Positions 9,316-17,786 of a DNA stretch of 64,000 nucleotides are shown here, piece by piece. This DNA is from a candidate division WOR-3 bacterium (lineage in GTDB: Bacteria; Hydrothermota; UBA3072), in the NCBI GenBank assembly GCA_016930175.1, contig JAFGHJ010000006.1:1160-65159 (forward strand), in the 5' to 3' direction. Numbering within the stretch: position 1 is the first letter of the stretch; the number at the start of each line of letters is the position of its first letter. A model generated the notes under the pieces. It saw only the letters and a program-made list of their open reading frames with translations. It was not told the origin of the DNA and ran no database searches. The position numbers and the translations under genes are program-made.

Positions 9316-9658
9316 TTCAGAAAGAAGAGTACTGATTTTTTTTATTGTAGTCCTTCTTGTGGGCAGCCTAGCCGGATTTTTGATTCCTGCTCCCGTAAAA
9401 ACAACCAAAAGTCTTACAACTTTTCCCGTAAGCATTAACTCTGCCTCAGCAGAAGAATTAACTCTTCTCCCCGGTGTTGGAGATGTAACGGCTGAAAGAA
9501 TATTGGAATACAGAAACAAAAACAACGGTTTCAAAAGTAAAGAAGAAATTATGAGAGTTAAAGGTATAGGTAAAGTTAAGTTCGAAAAAATGAAAGATAA
9601 AATTTGTGTCGAGAAACAAGATGAAGTTAAAAACAGAAACAACGAATTACACGAATAG
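9305..9658 (+). CDS. comEA: ComEA-like helix-hairpin-helix DNA-binding protein
   Basis: N-terminal TM helix, then INSASAEELTLLPGVGDVTAERILEYR...MRVKGIGKVKFEK (tandem HhH). Confidence 0.85.
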   Translation: MLSDSERRVLIFFIVVLLVGSLAGFLIPAPVKTTKSLTTFPVSINSASAEELTLLPGVGDVTAERILEYRNKNNGFKSKEEIMRVKGIGKVKFEKMKDKICVEKQDEVKNRNNELHE

Positions 9659-9678
9659 AACGAATAAACTAAAAAAAA

Positions 9679-9868
9679 TTACCACAGAGGACTCAGAGGA
9701 ATAATTGTGTTAGAAAAGAAAAAAAACACTGAGAACACAGAGAAAAAAACAAAATCTCTGTGGTTAGAATTTCCGGAAGGTTGATGTGTGGGCTCTGTGC
9801 TCTCTGTGAGTCAAGCCAGGGGTGGGTGGGGTTAAACAAAATAAAATCTCTGTGATCTCTGTGGTTAA
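9679..9868. repeat. convergent array of CACAGAG heptad units (plus-oriented copies followed by minus-oriented copies)
   Basis: Plus orientation: ACCACAGAGGACTCAGAGG (9681-9699) and CACTGAGAACACAGAGA (9727-9743). Minus orientation: CTCTGTGGTT (9756-9765), GCTCTGTGCTCTCTGTGAG (9792-9810) and TCTCTGTGATCTCTGTGGTTAA (9847-9868). Confidence 0.8.
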
Positions 9869-9892
9869 AACTTTTTTAAATTGGAGGTAAAT

Positions 9893-10375
9893 ATGGAGAT
9901 AAAGTTAATAGATATTGAGCGCCCAGAGAACGCAAATGTTATAATAGGACAGACGCATTTCATAAAAACCGTAGAAGATATCCATGAAGCTCTTGTTACT
10001 TCTTTGCCCATGATTAAATTCGGCGTTGCTTTCTGTGAAGCTTCAGGCGCCAGACTGATACGCCATAGCGGAACCGATACAGAACTGGAAGAACTGGCTG
10101 TTGCAAATGCAGAGAAAATTGGAGCCGGGCATTCCTTCGTTCTGATTTTGGGTAATGCTTTTCCGATAAACATTATGAAATCACTAAAAGCTGTGGATGA
10201 AGTCCTTTATCTCTTCGCCGCAACAGCTAATCCTCTCAAGGTAATTGTAGCAGAAGAAGGCGATCAGCGAGGTATTGTAGGAGTGCTCGACGGAGATAAG
10301 CCTGTCGGAGTAGAGGGGGAAAAGGATATAGCCGATAGAAAAGATTTATTGAGAAAAATAGGCTATAAGTTTTGA
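9893..10375 (+). CDS. adenosine-specific kinase family protein (PAE2307-like)
   Basis: GQTHFIKTVEDIHEAL, KFGVAFCEASG, GAGHSF, ATANP and LRKIGYK blocks, recalled from that family. ATG 9893 follows GGAGG; the TTG at 9881 in the ORF track lies within the SD region. Confidence 0.7.
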   Translation: MEIKLIDIERPENANVIIGQTHFIKTVEDIHEALVTSLPMIKFGVAFCEASGARLIRHSGTDTELEELAVANAEKIGAGHSFVLILGNAFPINIMKSLKAVDEVLYLFAATANPLKVIVAEEGDQRGIVGVLDGDKPVGVEGEKDIADRKDLLRKIGYKF

Positions 10376-10382
10376 GATAAAT

Positions 10383-10835
10383 ATGAAAAAAGAAAAAGGC
10401 GTAGATATTTTAGAATTTATAAGCAATCTCATTTATGAAAAAAAGCAGGTTGAAGACTACGGGGTTTATCTTACAATATGCAAGGTTTTTCGATTTACAG
10501 GTACGGCAGATATCGATTTCGGAGGCAGCGAATATAAGAAAAGCGAAATACAGGAAATCACCCCTGTCAAGCGGAAAGAGGAAGACAAATACGGTTGGTG
10601 GGAACTCTCCGGGGGGGTATATTTAATCGAATTCAATGAAGAAGTAAAAAAACTGCTCCCTGATGCCAATCTTGTTATATTACAGCCTTCAGAAAGAATA
10701 ACTCTAAACGGAGCTTTTCACGCCACAAAGGTTATTGAAAAAAAGGGGAAAATAAGATTAACTCTTTATGTGGGGAAAAACGGAATAAATATAAAGGAAA
10801 ACGCGAGGGTTAGCGAGCTAATCGTGCTGGATTGA
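10383..10835 (+). CDS. hypothetical protein, tentatively dUTPase/dCTP-deaminase-like beta-barrel
   Basis: 150-aa ORF immediately after the kinase-like gene. The family assignment is from weak recollection only. Confidence 0.35.
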   Translation: MKKEKGVDILEFISNLIYEKKQVEDYGVYLTICKVFRFTGTADIDFGGSEYKKSEIQEITPVKRKEEDKYGWWELSGGVYLIEFNEEVKKLLPDANLVILQPSERITLNGAFHATKVIEKKGKIRLTLYVGKNGINIKENARVSELIVLD

Positions 10836-10842
10836 GTACGAT

Positions 10843-11259
10843 ATGAAAGAAAGAGTATTGTTTATATGCACACATAATTCGGCGCGGTCACAAATGGCTG
10901 AAGGACTACTACGCAGTTTATATGGTGAGCGGTATGAAGTTTTCAGCGCGGGAACCAAACCCTCTGGAGTAAATCCGAATTCAACAGAAGTAATGAAAGA
11001 GATAGGAATTGATATATCGAATCATTATTCCAAAAACGTGAAAGATTTCATAAATGAAGATTTCGATTATGTTATAACTGTCTGCAGCGGGGCCAGGGAA
11101 ACTTGCCCCTTTTTCCCAGGAGGGAAAAAGCAAATACATAAAGATTTTGATGACCCGTCATCGTTTTCGGGGAATAAAGAAGAAGTACTTAATAAATTCA
11201 GAGAAATTAGAGATAAATTAAAAGAATGGATAGAGGAATTTTTCAATGAAAAAAAATAA
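10843..11259 (+). CDS. arsC: arsenate reductase, LMW-PTP (thioredoxin-coupled) type
   Basis: CTHNSARSQMAEG P-loop plus the CSGARETC cysteine pair. Confidence 0.85.
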   Translation: MKERVLFICTHNSARSQMAEGLLRSLYGERYEVFSAGTKPSGVNPNSTEVMKEIGIDISNHYSKNVKDFINEDFDYVITVCSGARETCPFFPGGKKQIHKDFDDPSSFSGNKEEVLNKFREIRDKLKEWIEEFFNEKK

Positions 11260-11866
11260 GGCTTTAGTAATAGTCGATGTACAGAATGATTTTTGTCCCG
11301 GGGGTTCATTGGCAGTCCCAGAAGGAGACGAAATTATACCCCTTATAAATAATTTGTCCCTAAAATTTAAAAGAGTGGTTGCCACGCAGGATTGGCACCC
11401 CAGAAATCATGTGTCCTTTGCGGTAAATCACCCGGGCAAAAAAGTTTACGATGTTATTAAATATAAGGGGATAGAACAGGTACTCTGGCCGGAACATTGT
11501 GTTTCGGGAACTTCCGGGGCTGATTTTCATACCAATCTTAATACTGAAAATTTAAATTTGATTCTAAGAAAAGGAACCAACCCTGAAATCGATTCCTATT
11601 CTGCATTCCAGGAGAATGACAAAAAAACCATAACCGGTCTTGAAGGATATTTGAAAAATCTTAACGTAAGGCAAACTTACTTCTGCGGGCTTGCGCTTGA
11701 CTACTGTGTTTTTTACTCGGCAATGGATTCAATAAAAATAGGATTCGAGACTTACGTCATAATTGACGGAACAAAGGGCATCGATTCGCCTGAAGGAAAT
11801 ATCGACAAAGTTTTAAGAGAAATGAAAGAGTGTGACATAAAAATAATTAAATCCTCGGATTTATAG
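11246..11866 (+). CDS. pncA: nicotinamidase/pyrazinamidase (isochorismatase family)
   Basis: VIVDVQNDFCPGGSLAV, ATQDWHP and GLALDYCV motifs. Confidence 0.85.
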   Translation: MKKNKALVIVDVQNDFCPGGSLAVPEGDEIIPLINNLSLKFKRVVATQDWHPRNHVSFAVNHPGKKVYDVIKYKGIEQVLWPEHCVSGTSGADFHTNLNTENLNLILRKGTNPEIDSYSAFQENDKKTITGLEGYLKNLNVRQTYFCGLALDYCVFYSAMDSIKIGFETYVIIDGTKGIDSPEGNIDKVLREMKECDIKIIKSSDL

Positions 11867-11874
11867 GAGGCAGA

Positions 11875-13074
11875 ATGTTACCAGTAGAACTTAACTCAGG
11901 CATTTTTTGGATAGGGGTGGATGACCGTACGACCGATTTATTTGAAGGCCTCTGGCCTATAAGCCGGGAAGGGGTATCATATAACTCTTACCTTATAAAA
12001 GATAAGAAGAAAGCTATTATAGACCTGACTAAATCCATCAAAGGGGATGAATTCTTTGAGAATATAAATAAGATAGCTGCTGTTAACGATATAGATTATA
12101 TTATCATAAATCATATGGAACCAGATCACTCGGGAATACTTAGAACTTTCAGAAAACTCTGTCCCGGAGCGATGATTTTAGGCTCTCAGAAAACAAAAGA
12201 AATGCTCCAGGATTTTTACGGTATAAAAGATAATGTAGAAGTTGTGAAAGACGGAGACGAAATTTCCCTGGGGGAAAAAACGCTAAAATTCTTTTATACT
12301 CCAATGGTTCACTGGCCGGAGACTATCATGACTTATGAGGTTTCCAGCAAGATCCTCTTTTCCTGTGATGCCTTTGGAAGTTTCGGCGTACTGGGAGGAA
12401 GTATTTTCGACGATGAATGCAAAAATATTGATTTTTATATAGATGAAGCCGTTCGATATTACGTTAACATCGTTGCCAAATTCAGCAAAATGGTTCTTAG
12501 AGCCATAGATAAATTAAAAAGTATAACTGTAGAAGTAATAGCCCCTTCTCATGGTAGAATATGGAGAAAAAATCCGGGCACGATAGTAGAACTATATAGA
12601 AAACTAGCGAGTCTTGCAGAGGAAGAAGCTGAACCGGGCATAACTTTAATCTACGGCTCTATGTATGGAAACACAGAAAACATGATGAACGCGGTAGCTC
12701 AAGGTATTTCTAAAACGCAAACCCCCCTTAGAATATTCGACGTTTCCAGAACTCATGTCAGTTATATCCTACCTTCCTTATGGACGCAAAGTGGTGTAAT
12801 GATTGGCACCCCGACTTACGAAGCAGGACTTTTTCCCACTATGGGAGACGTACTCCGTATGGCAACACTTAAGAGCATAACAAATAAAAAATTCGCTATG
12901 TTTGGTAGTTACGGCTGGAGCGGCGGAGCTTTAAGGGAAATCAAAGAAATAGTCGAACCTGCAAAATGGCAGCTTATTGATTCTTTTGAATTTAAAGGAG
13001 GCCCCACGGAAGAAGAACTAAAAAAAGGCGAAGAATTCGGCAGGAAATTCGGCGAACTAATTAAAAACAAATAA
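11875..13074 (+). CDS. fprA: FprA-type flavodiiron protein (metallo-beta-lactamase plus flavodoxin domains)
   Basis: NHMEPDHSG di-iron motif and a C-terminal flavodoxin-like YGSMYGNTE. Confidence 0.85.
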   Translation: MLPVELNSGIFWIGVDDRTTDLFEGLWPISREGVSYNSYLIKDKKKAIIDLTKSIKGDEFFENINKIAAVNDIDYIIINHMEPDHSGILRTFRKLCPGAMILGSQKTKEMLQDFYGIKDNVEVVKDGDEISLGEKTLKFFYTPMVHWPETIMTYEVSSKILFSCDAFGSFGVLGGSIFDDECKNIDFYIDEAVRYYVNIVAKFSKMVLRAIDKLKSITVEVIAPSHGRIWRKNPGTIVELYRKLASLAEEEAEPGITLIYGSMYGNTENMMNAVAQGISKTQTPLRIFDVSRTHVSYILPSLWTQSGVMIGTPTYEAGLFPTMGDVLRMATLKSITNKKFAMFGSYGWSGGALREIKEIVEPAKWQLIDSFEFKGGPTEEELKKGEEFGRKFGELIKNK

Positions 13075-13093
13075 CCACAGAGGTCACAGAGAA
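13073..13093 (+). repeat. CACAGAG heptad pair overlapping the fprA stop codon
   Basis: AACCACAGAGGTCACAGAGAA is near-identical to the rc of 9847-9868. A C-rich/G-poor tract follows, extending to about 13216. Confidence 0.75.
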
Positions 13094-13255
13094 ATAACAA
13101 TTTATTTAACCACTAAACACACAAAATACACTAAATTTTTATTGTTTTAAACTCCTAACCTCCCAACTTCCTACCATCCTAACTTTTTTTAACAACAAAT
13201 CACACAAATAGCACAGATCTTTTATTTTTTGTTTCTTTTACTCAACCCATGGCCG

Positions 13256-15133
13256 TTAAGTTTTTTTAAACTCTTCAGGGTTAATATAATCCCCGTATTT
13301 TTCTCTAGCGGAAAGGAGTCTTTTTCTCTGTTCTTCTAAAACATCGAAAAGCACCTGCGGCGCATCCATAACCTGTGTTCTGTAAATTTCCTCTATTCGG
13401 TCTATTTTAGCAATATTTTCTTTAACCCTTATTTTAAATTGCTCATTGTAATCTTCTTTTGCGAAATCTTTATTTAATACTTCCTTGAAGAGTTTTTTGA
13501 GATCCTCATACTTTGGTATACGTCCCGTAGGGGCATCAATTGCATCCACATCTCTATTCGCTCGGAGTTCCGCCCACTTATACCATACTTTTTTGTCTTC
13601 TCTTGAATTAAGAAAGTTTCCGTTTTTATCTTTGAGAAAGTAATTGACGGCAAATATACTGGGCTCTTTTTCAAGACCTTTTGCAAAATCAAGATTCAAA
13701 TTAATGTAATCTCTTATCGGGATAGAAAGGAAATCGAGGTTCGACATGGGGTTGAATTTTCTAACTCCTTCTTTCCCGAGCGTAGCCGCGGTGGTTTCCG
13801 ATTCTAAAGAAGCTCCATACGCGATTATTCCGTGAGCCCAGCCAAAAGCTTCTTTTATAGGCACCCATGTATCGGAATCTCTTCCTCCGTATACCATACC
13901 TCCTACTTCAACACCTTTGGGGTCGTTCAATGTCGGGTCAAGATTATCGAAATTCTTAAGATCAATCGTAAAGCGGGCATTTCGGTGTGATACCGGTATC
14001 TCGTTGCCACTCTCGTCTTTCTTTCCTTTGTACCATTCCCCGCAGTGATTTACACCTTTTTCCGGTATTTCCCCGTCTTTGCCTATCCAGTGTACTCCTC
14101 CCTCGGGCGTCATTAAAATATTAGAAAATATTATTTCTGCAGGAGAGTGAAGGGCGTCCCAGATTATCGGGTCATCCTCGGAATTTACTCCCATAATAAT
14201 TCCGAATATCCCTTTTTCGACATTCACTGCTCTGACCCTTCCGTCTTTTTTTCTCAAATATGCAATATCATCTCCAACCACAGTTTCGTTATCGAGCATC
14301 GAAGTGGAAGTTTTTCCGCATAGCGACGGGAATGCGCCTGTAAAGTAAGTAACCCTGTTATTTGGACCGTGAACTCCCATAACAAGCATATGTTCGGTTA
14401 ACCATCCTTCTTTATAGCCGCGGTTAATCGCAAGACGCATGGACAGTTTTTTAAGCCCTATTGTATTACCGCCGTACTGAGTGTTGGCACTGTATACAAT
14501 GTTTTCTTCGAGGTCTATATATACCCTGCGCCTACCCAGATTTTTGCTTGTATTTCGTTCGTCCAGTTCACCTGCAGAATGAACTATTTTAAAAAACCGG
14601 GCGTTTCTACCCTGACGCACGAATTCTTCGAAACCCTGCCTGTAAAGCAAATCTTCACTGTGAGCAACATAAGCAGAGTCGGTCATCTGCATAACAGGTT
14701 GAGAAAATTCCGAATTGGTTGGCCCGAGACAGAAAAACCGAATATATACTTCTTTCCCATTCATTATATCTTTCATAATCTCGTGTATTTCGTCAAGCGA
14801 TTCCTTTCGGGGAGCTGTGTTTATTGCCTTGTCCAGTTTTATTCCTTCGGGCAACAATATTTTTGTATTCTGCTTGTCCCTTGCCTGATCAAAATAATTA
14901 TCGAAATGGATTGTGTGATTGGGAGCTGCAAGCTGAATCTCTTCTCCGTTTTTAACAGTTACTTCTCTTATATATCTTATATCTTCTTCGTCATCAGTAC
15001 ATACGAAAACTTTTGCGGGATTACAAAGTTCGATATATTTCGCAATAAACTCATGTAATTCCGGATTATCTATCCTCTTAAGCTTTTCGTATTGTTCGCT
15101 ATCAATTTTTTCTTTTAAAATATTTGAAATCAC
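13256..15133 (-). CDS. pckG: phosphoenolpyruvate carboxykinase (GTP)
   Basis: 625 aa with FPSLCGKTS kinase-1a loop, GDDIAYL and YGGRDSDT blocks typical of GTP-PEPCK. Confidence 0.95.
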   Translation of the reverse strand: MISNILKEKIDSEQYEKLKRIDNPELHEFIAKYIELCNPAKVFVCTDDEEDIRYIREVTVKNGEEIQLAAPNHTIHFDNYFDQARDKQNTKILLPEGIKLDKAINTAPRKESLDEIHEIMKDIMNGKEVYIRFFCLGPTNSEFSQPVMQMTDSAYVAHSEDLLYRQGFEEFVRQGRNARFFKIVHSAGELDERNTSKNLGRRRVYIDLEENIVYSANTQYGGNTIGLKKLSMRLAINRGYKEGWLTEHMLVMGVHGPNNRVTYFTGAFPSLCGKTSTSMLDNETVVGDDIAYLRKKDGRVRAVNVEKGIFGIIMGVNSEDDPIIWDALHSPAEIIFSNILMTPEGGVHWIGKDGEIPEKGVNHCGEWYKGKKDESGNEIPVSHRNARFTIDLKNFDNLDPTLNDPKGVEVGGMVYGGRDSDTWVPIKEAFGWAHGIIAYGASLESETTAATLGKEGVRKFNPMSNLDFLSIPIRDYINLNLDFAKGLEKEPSIFAVNYFLKDKNGNFLNSREDKKVWYKWAELRANRDVDAIDAPTGRIPKYEDLKKLFKEVLNKDFAKEDYNEQFKIRVKENIAKIDRIEEIYRTQVMDAPQVLFDVLEEQRKRLLSAREKYGDYINPEEFKKT

Positions 15134-15237
15134 AATTATCCTCCTTTTTTAATTATACTTTTCGGGAGGCTGGAAAAACACTGAATATATATCAGGTTTT
15201 AATGAATAATTTCTCACCCTATTTTTAACCCTTGGGG

Positions 15238-15265
15238 ATGATAATGGATTTTATTAATCTGTCAA
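15238..15265 (-). promoter_or_regulatory. sigma70-type promoter for pckG
   Basis: The minus strand reads TTGACA-16 nt-TATCAT, about 100 nt upstream of the pckG ATG. Confidence 0.5.
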
Positions 15266-15278
15266 GGGGGGAATTTTA

Positions 15279-15305
15279 GATGTTAGGCTTTAGGTCTTAG
15301 GTTTT
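15279..15305 (-). repeat. 27-nt dispersed repeat, AAAACCTAAGACC-N-AAA-N-CCTAACA-N-C
   Basis: The rc of 15279-15305 matches 48604-48630 at 24 of 27 positions by manual alignment. Confidence 0.7.
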
Positions 15306-15373
15306 AGTTAAAACAACAAAAGAAGTTTCGTTATAATCTCGTGTAATCGCGTAGTTGCCATATTAATTCCCCC

Positions 15374-15401
15374 TTGCAGATGAAGTGTTTTTTAGTATAT
15401 T
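15374..15401 (+). promoter_or_regulatory. sigma70-type promoter for tRNA-Pro(GGG)
   Basis: TTGCAG-16 nt-TATATT. The predicted start lies 1-3 nt before the tRNA 5' end. Confidence 0.45.
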
Positions 15402-15409
15402 CAAGTTAA

Positions 15410-15484
15410 CGGGGCGTAGCGCAGGTTGGTAAGCGCGCCAGCTTGGGGTGCTGGAGGTCGGTGGTTCGAATCCACTCGCCCCGA
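15410..15484 (+). tRNA. tRNA-Pro (anticodon GGG)
   Basis: Cloverleaf folded by hand: acceptor CGGGGCG/CGCCCCG, D stem GCGC/GCGC, anticodon stem CCAGC/GCTGG with loop TTGGGGT, T arm GGTGG-TTCGAAT-CCACT. No CCA is encoded. Confidence 0.9.
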
Positions 15485-15522
15485 CATTAATTGTTTTATG
15501 AGGGGTTTGTTTGCTCTTTTAA

Positions 15523-16356
15523 ATGAATATTCTTTTTTTGTTTTTTAAGATTTTGGGAAGCTTTTTGCCAAAAGGTTTAGGAGACCTTATCGCCAGAGGT
15601 TGTGCTCGGCTCTCTTATACATTATTCTACAAAAGAGGTCTTCGCAACCATTCCTCGAATCTGAAAAATGTTTTTAAAGACAGGGACGGAAAAGAGCTTT
15701 TTGAAATGTCAAAAAGAGCAGGTATGAATCTTGCAGTCGGTCTTTATGAGCAGCTTTTAATGGGAAAACTCATGAATAAAAGAAATTATCATAAGTTCGT
15801 TACAGGAGAAAACTTCCATAATCTTTACGATGCATATAAGGAAGGCAAGGGCGTTATATTACTGACGGGTCATTTAGGCAATTACGAATGGGGTGCTTCA
15901 TATATAGGTTATCTGGGATTTAAAATTTCGGTTATTTCGGTAGAATACAGGACGAGCTGTATAAGAGATATTTATGAAGACAATAGGAGAAGAGCCGGGA
16001 TAGGGGTCTTTTATGTCAGGAAAAGTTTTTCCGGACCGGTTAGATTTCTAAAGGATGGCGGGCTTCTTGCGATTGCCGGAGACAGAAATTTTGAAGGAGC
16101 CGTCTCGACCGTTAAAATGTTTGGAAAAGACGTAGAAATTCCAAAAGGCGGTTTCTTTCTGGCTTCGAAGTTAGGGGTACCTCTGGTTGTGGGTTTCGGT
16201 CCGAGAGAAAAAGACGGGCGTTATCATGTATATTTGGAGAAACCATTCAAGGTCAAAGAGGGAGAGATTGATGAGGCAATAAAAAGATATGTAGAACTAC
16301 TGGAGAAATATATTAAAAAATATCCTGACCAATGGCTTTTATTTGACAAATTATGA
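15523..16356 (+). CDS. lysophospholipid/lipid A late acyltransferase family protein (LpxL/HtrB-like)
   Basis: 277 aa with an N-terminal hydrophobic segment and LLTGHLGNYEW (HX4D-type region). Family assigned from overall resemblance. Confidence 0.7.
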   Translation: MNILFLFFKILGSFLPKGLGDLIARGCARLSYTLFYKRGLRNHSSNLKNVFKDRDGKELFEMSKRAGMNLAVGLYEQLLMGKLMNKRNYHKFVTGENFHNLYDAYKEGKGVILLTGHLGNYEWGASYIGYLGFKISVISVEYRTSCIRDIYEDNRRRAGIGVFYVRKSFSGPVRFLKDGGLLAIAGDRNFEGAVSTVKMFGKDVEIPKGGFFLASKLGVPLVVGFGPREKDGRYHVYLEKPFKVKEGEIDEAIKRYVELLEKYIKKYPDQWLLFDKL

Positions 16357-17030
16357 AAGATAAGATTTTAATAATTATACCCGCATTCAACGAAGAGAGG
16401 AGTTTAGGAAAACTGCTTAAAAGTATATCCTCGATTGTTCCTCTTAAAGATGTTTTGGTGGTGGATGATGGCTCACAGGATAAAACCGCAATTATCGCAA
16501 AGAGAGCGGGAAGCAGAATACTGAGTCAAAAAACCAATCAGGGCAAAGGTTTAGCTCTTAGAGCAGGCTTTGATTTTGCACTTAACAGCGGATACGATGC
16601 AGTTATAACCATGGATGCAGATGGGCAACACGACCCATGTGAAATACCAAAGTTTCTCGCTTACTACGAAGAATATAAAACTGCTTTAATTATAGGAACA
16701 AGAAAGCATGATTTATCGGAGATGCCTTTCCCACGTTTTATGGCGAATACAACCAGCTCATTAGTAGCTTCTATCCTGACAGGTGTCAGAGTACATGACA
16801 GTCAATCTGGTTACCGCTTTATAAGGAAAAATTTAATTGAAAAAATTAATTTAAAGGACAGACGTTTTCAGATGGAAACCGAAATAATCGTTAAAGCTGC
16901 AAGGGCAGGTTTTTCTATAGGTGAGGTGCCGATTAAAACTATATATTTTAAAAGGTTTAAGAGTCATATAAATCCTTTAGTTGATACAGTAAGATTTATA
17001 AAACTTTCCCTTCAAATGTTATGGCGTTAA
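16353..17030 (+). CDS. family 2 glycosyltransferase (polyprenyl-phosphate sugar transferase-like)
   Basis: IIIPAFNEE, VVDDGSQDKT and MDADGQH motifs. ATGA overlap with the upstream gene. Confidence 0.85.
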   Translation: MKDKILIIIPAFNEERSLGKLLKSISSIVPLKDVLVVDDGSQDKTAIIAKRAGSRILSQKTNQGKGLALRAGFDFALNSGYDAVITMDADGQHDPCEIPKFLAYYEEYKTALIIGTRKHDLSEMPFPRFMANTTSSLVASILTGVRVHDSQSGYRFIRKNLIEKINLKDRRFQMETEIIVKAARAGFSIGEVPIKTIYFKRFKSHINPLVDTVRFIKLSLQMLWR

Positions 17031-17764
17031 TACTTATTTCCAACGATGACGGAATAGACGCCTTAGGATTAAAAGTTCTTCGGGAAACAGTTGAAGATTT
17101 ATGTCATGTAATAGTTTTTGCGCCCGACGGCAACAGAAGCGGTTCAAGTCATTCCCTTTCAATACACAAAAGCATAAAAGTAAAAAAAATCGACGATGAC
17201 ACCTATACTACCGACGGAACCCCCACAGATTGTATACTCTACAGCGTACGCGGTATCTTGAAAAGCAAACCTGATATTATCCTTGGAGGTATCAATCAGG
17301 GGGCTAATCTTGGAAGCGATATTTCTTATTCCGGTACAGTTGCCGTTGCCCTGGAAGGAACTCTTCTGGGCATACCCTCCGTTGCCTTTTCTCAGGTCGA
17401 TTTTTATAATTCATTTAATCCGGAGTTTGCTAAGAAAGTGGTAAACTGGATAACAAGACAGGTTTTAAAGGAGAAATTACCCGAAGGAGTTTTTTTGAAT
17501 GTTAATTTACCTGCTGTACCTAACGGCAAAATTAAAATAACATGCCTTGGGAACAGAGTCTACCGGGATGAGATTGTAAAAGTTAAGGAAGAAAAAGGAG
17601 AATTGACATACTCTTTGGACGGGGAAAGTCCAACCTGGGTTTCAAGCCCTAACTCTGATTTTGACGCCGTACATGAAGGTTCTGTATCAATTACACCTAT
17701 ACACATGGAGTATACTGATTTCGACATGATTGAAAAACTACGCTGTTGGGAGGAAGTTTATTAG
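17021..17764 (+). CDS. surE: 5'/3'-nucleotidase SurE
   Basis: ILISNDDGIDA, NRSGSSHS and GINQGANLG motifs. Confidence 0.95.
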   Translation: MALILISNDDGIDALGLKVLRETVEDLCHVIVFAPDGNRSGSSHSLSIHKSIKVKKIDDDTYTTDGTPTDCILYSVRGILKSKPDIILGGINQGANLGSDISYSGTVAVALEGTLLGIPSVAFSQVDFYNSFNPEFAKKVVNWITRQVLKEKLPEGVFLNVNLPAVPNGKIKITCLGNRVYRDEIVKVKEEKGELTYSLDGESPTWVSSPNSDFDAVHEGSVSITPIHMEYTDFDMIEKLRCWEEVY

Positions 17765-17786
17765 CTACGAGTATCAGCGCAAAAAG

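Noticed and set aside
9679-9868. Possible CRISPR array, because short CACAGAG-containing repeats recur within about 200 bp
   Set aside because: The repeat units are only about 7-22 nt, occur in both orientations, are irregularly spaced and have no unique spacers of constant length. No cas genes are in the window.
13151-13183. CCTAAC-type motifs resembling telomere-like repeats
   Set aside because: The spacing is irregular and the repeat is not perfectly tandem. They are better explained as part of the C-rich/G-poor intergenic tracts.
14579-15058. 159-aa plus-strand ORF inside pckG
   Set aside because: It is antisense to a strongly supported PEPCK gene, and its composition is typical of an AT-rich shadow frame.
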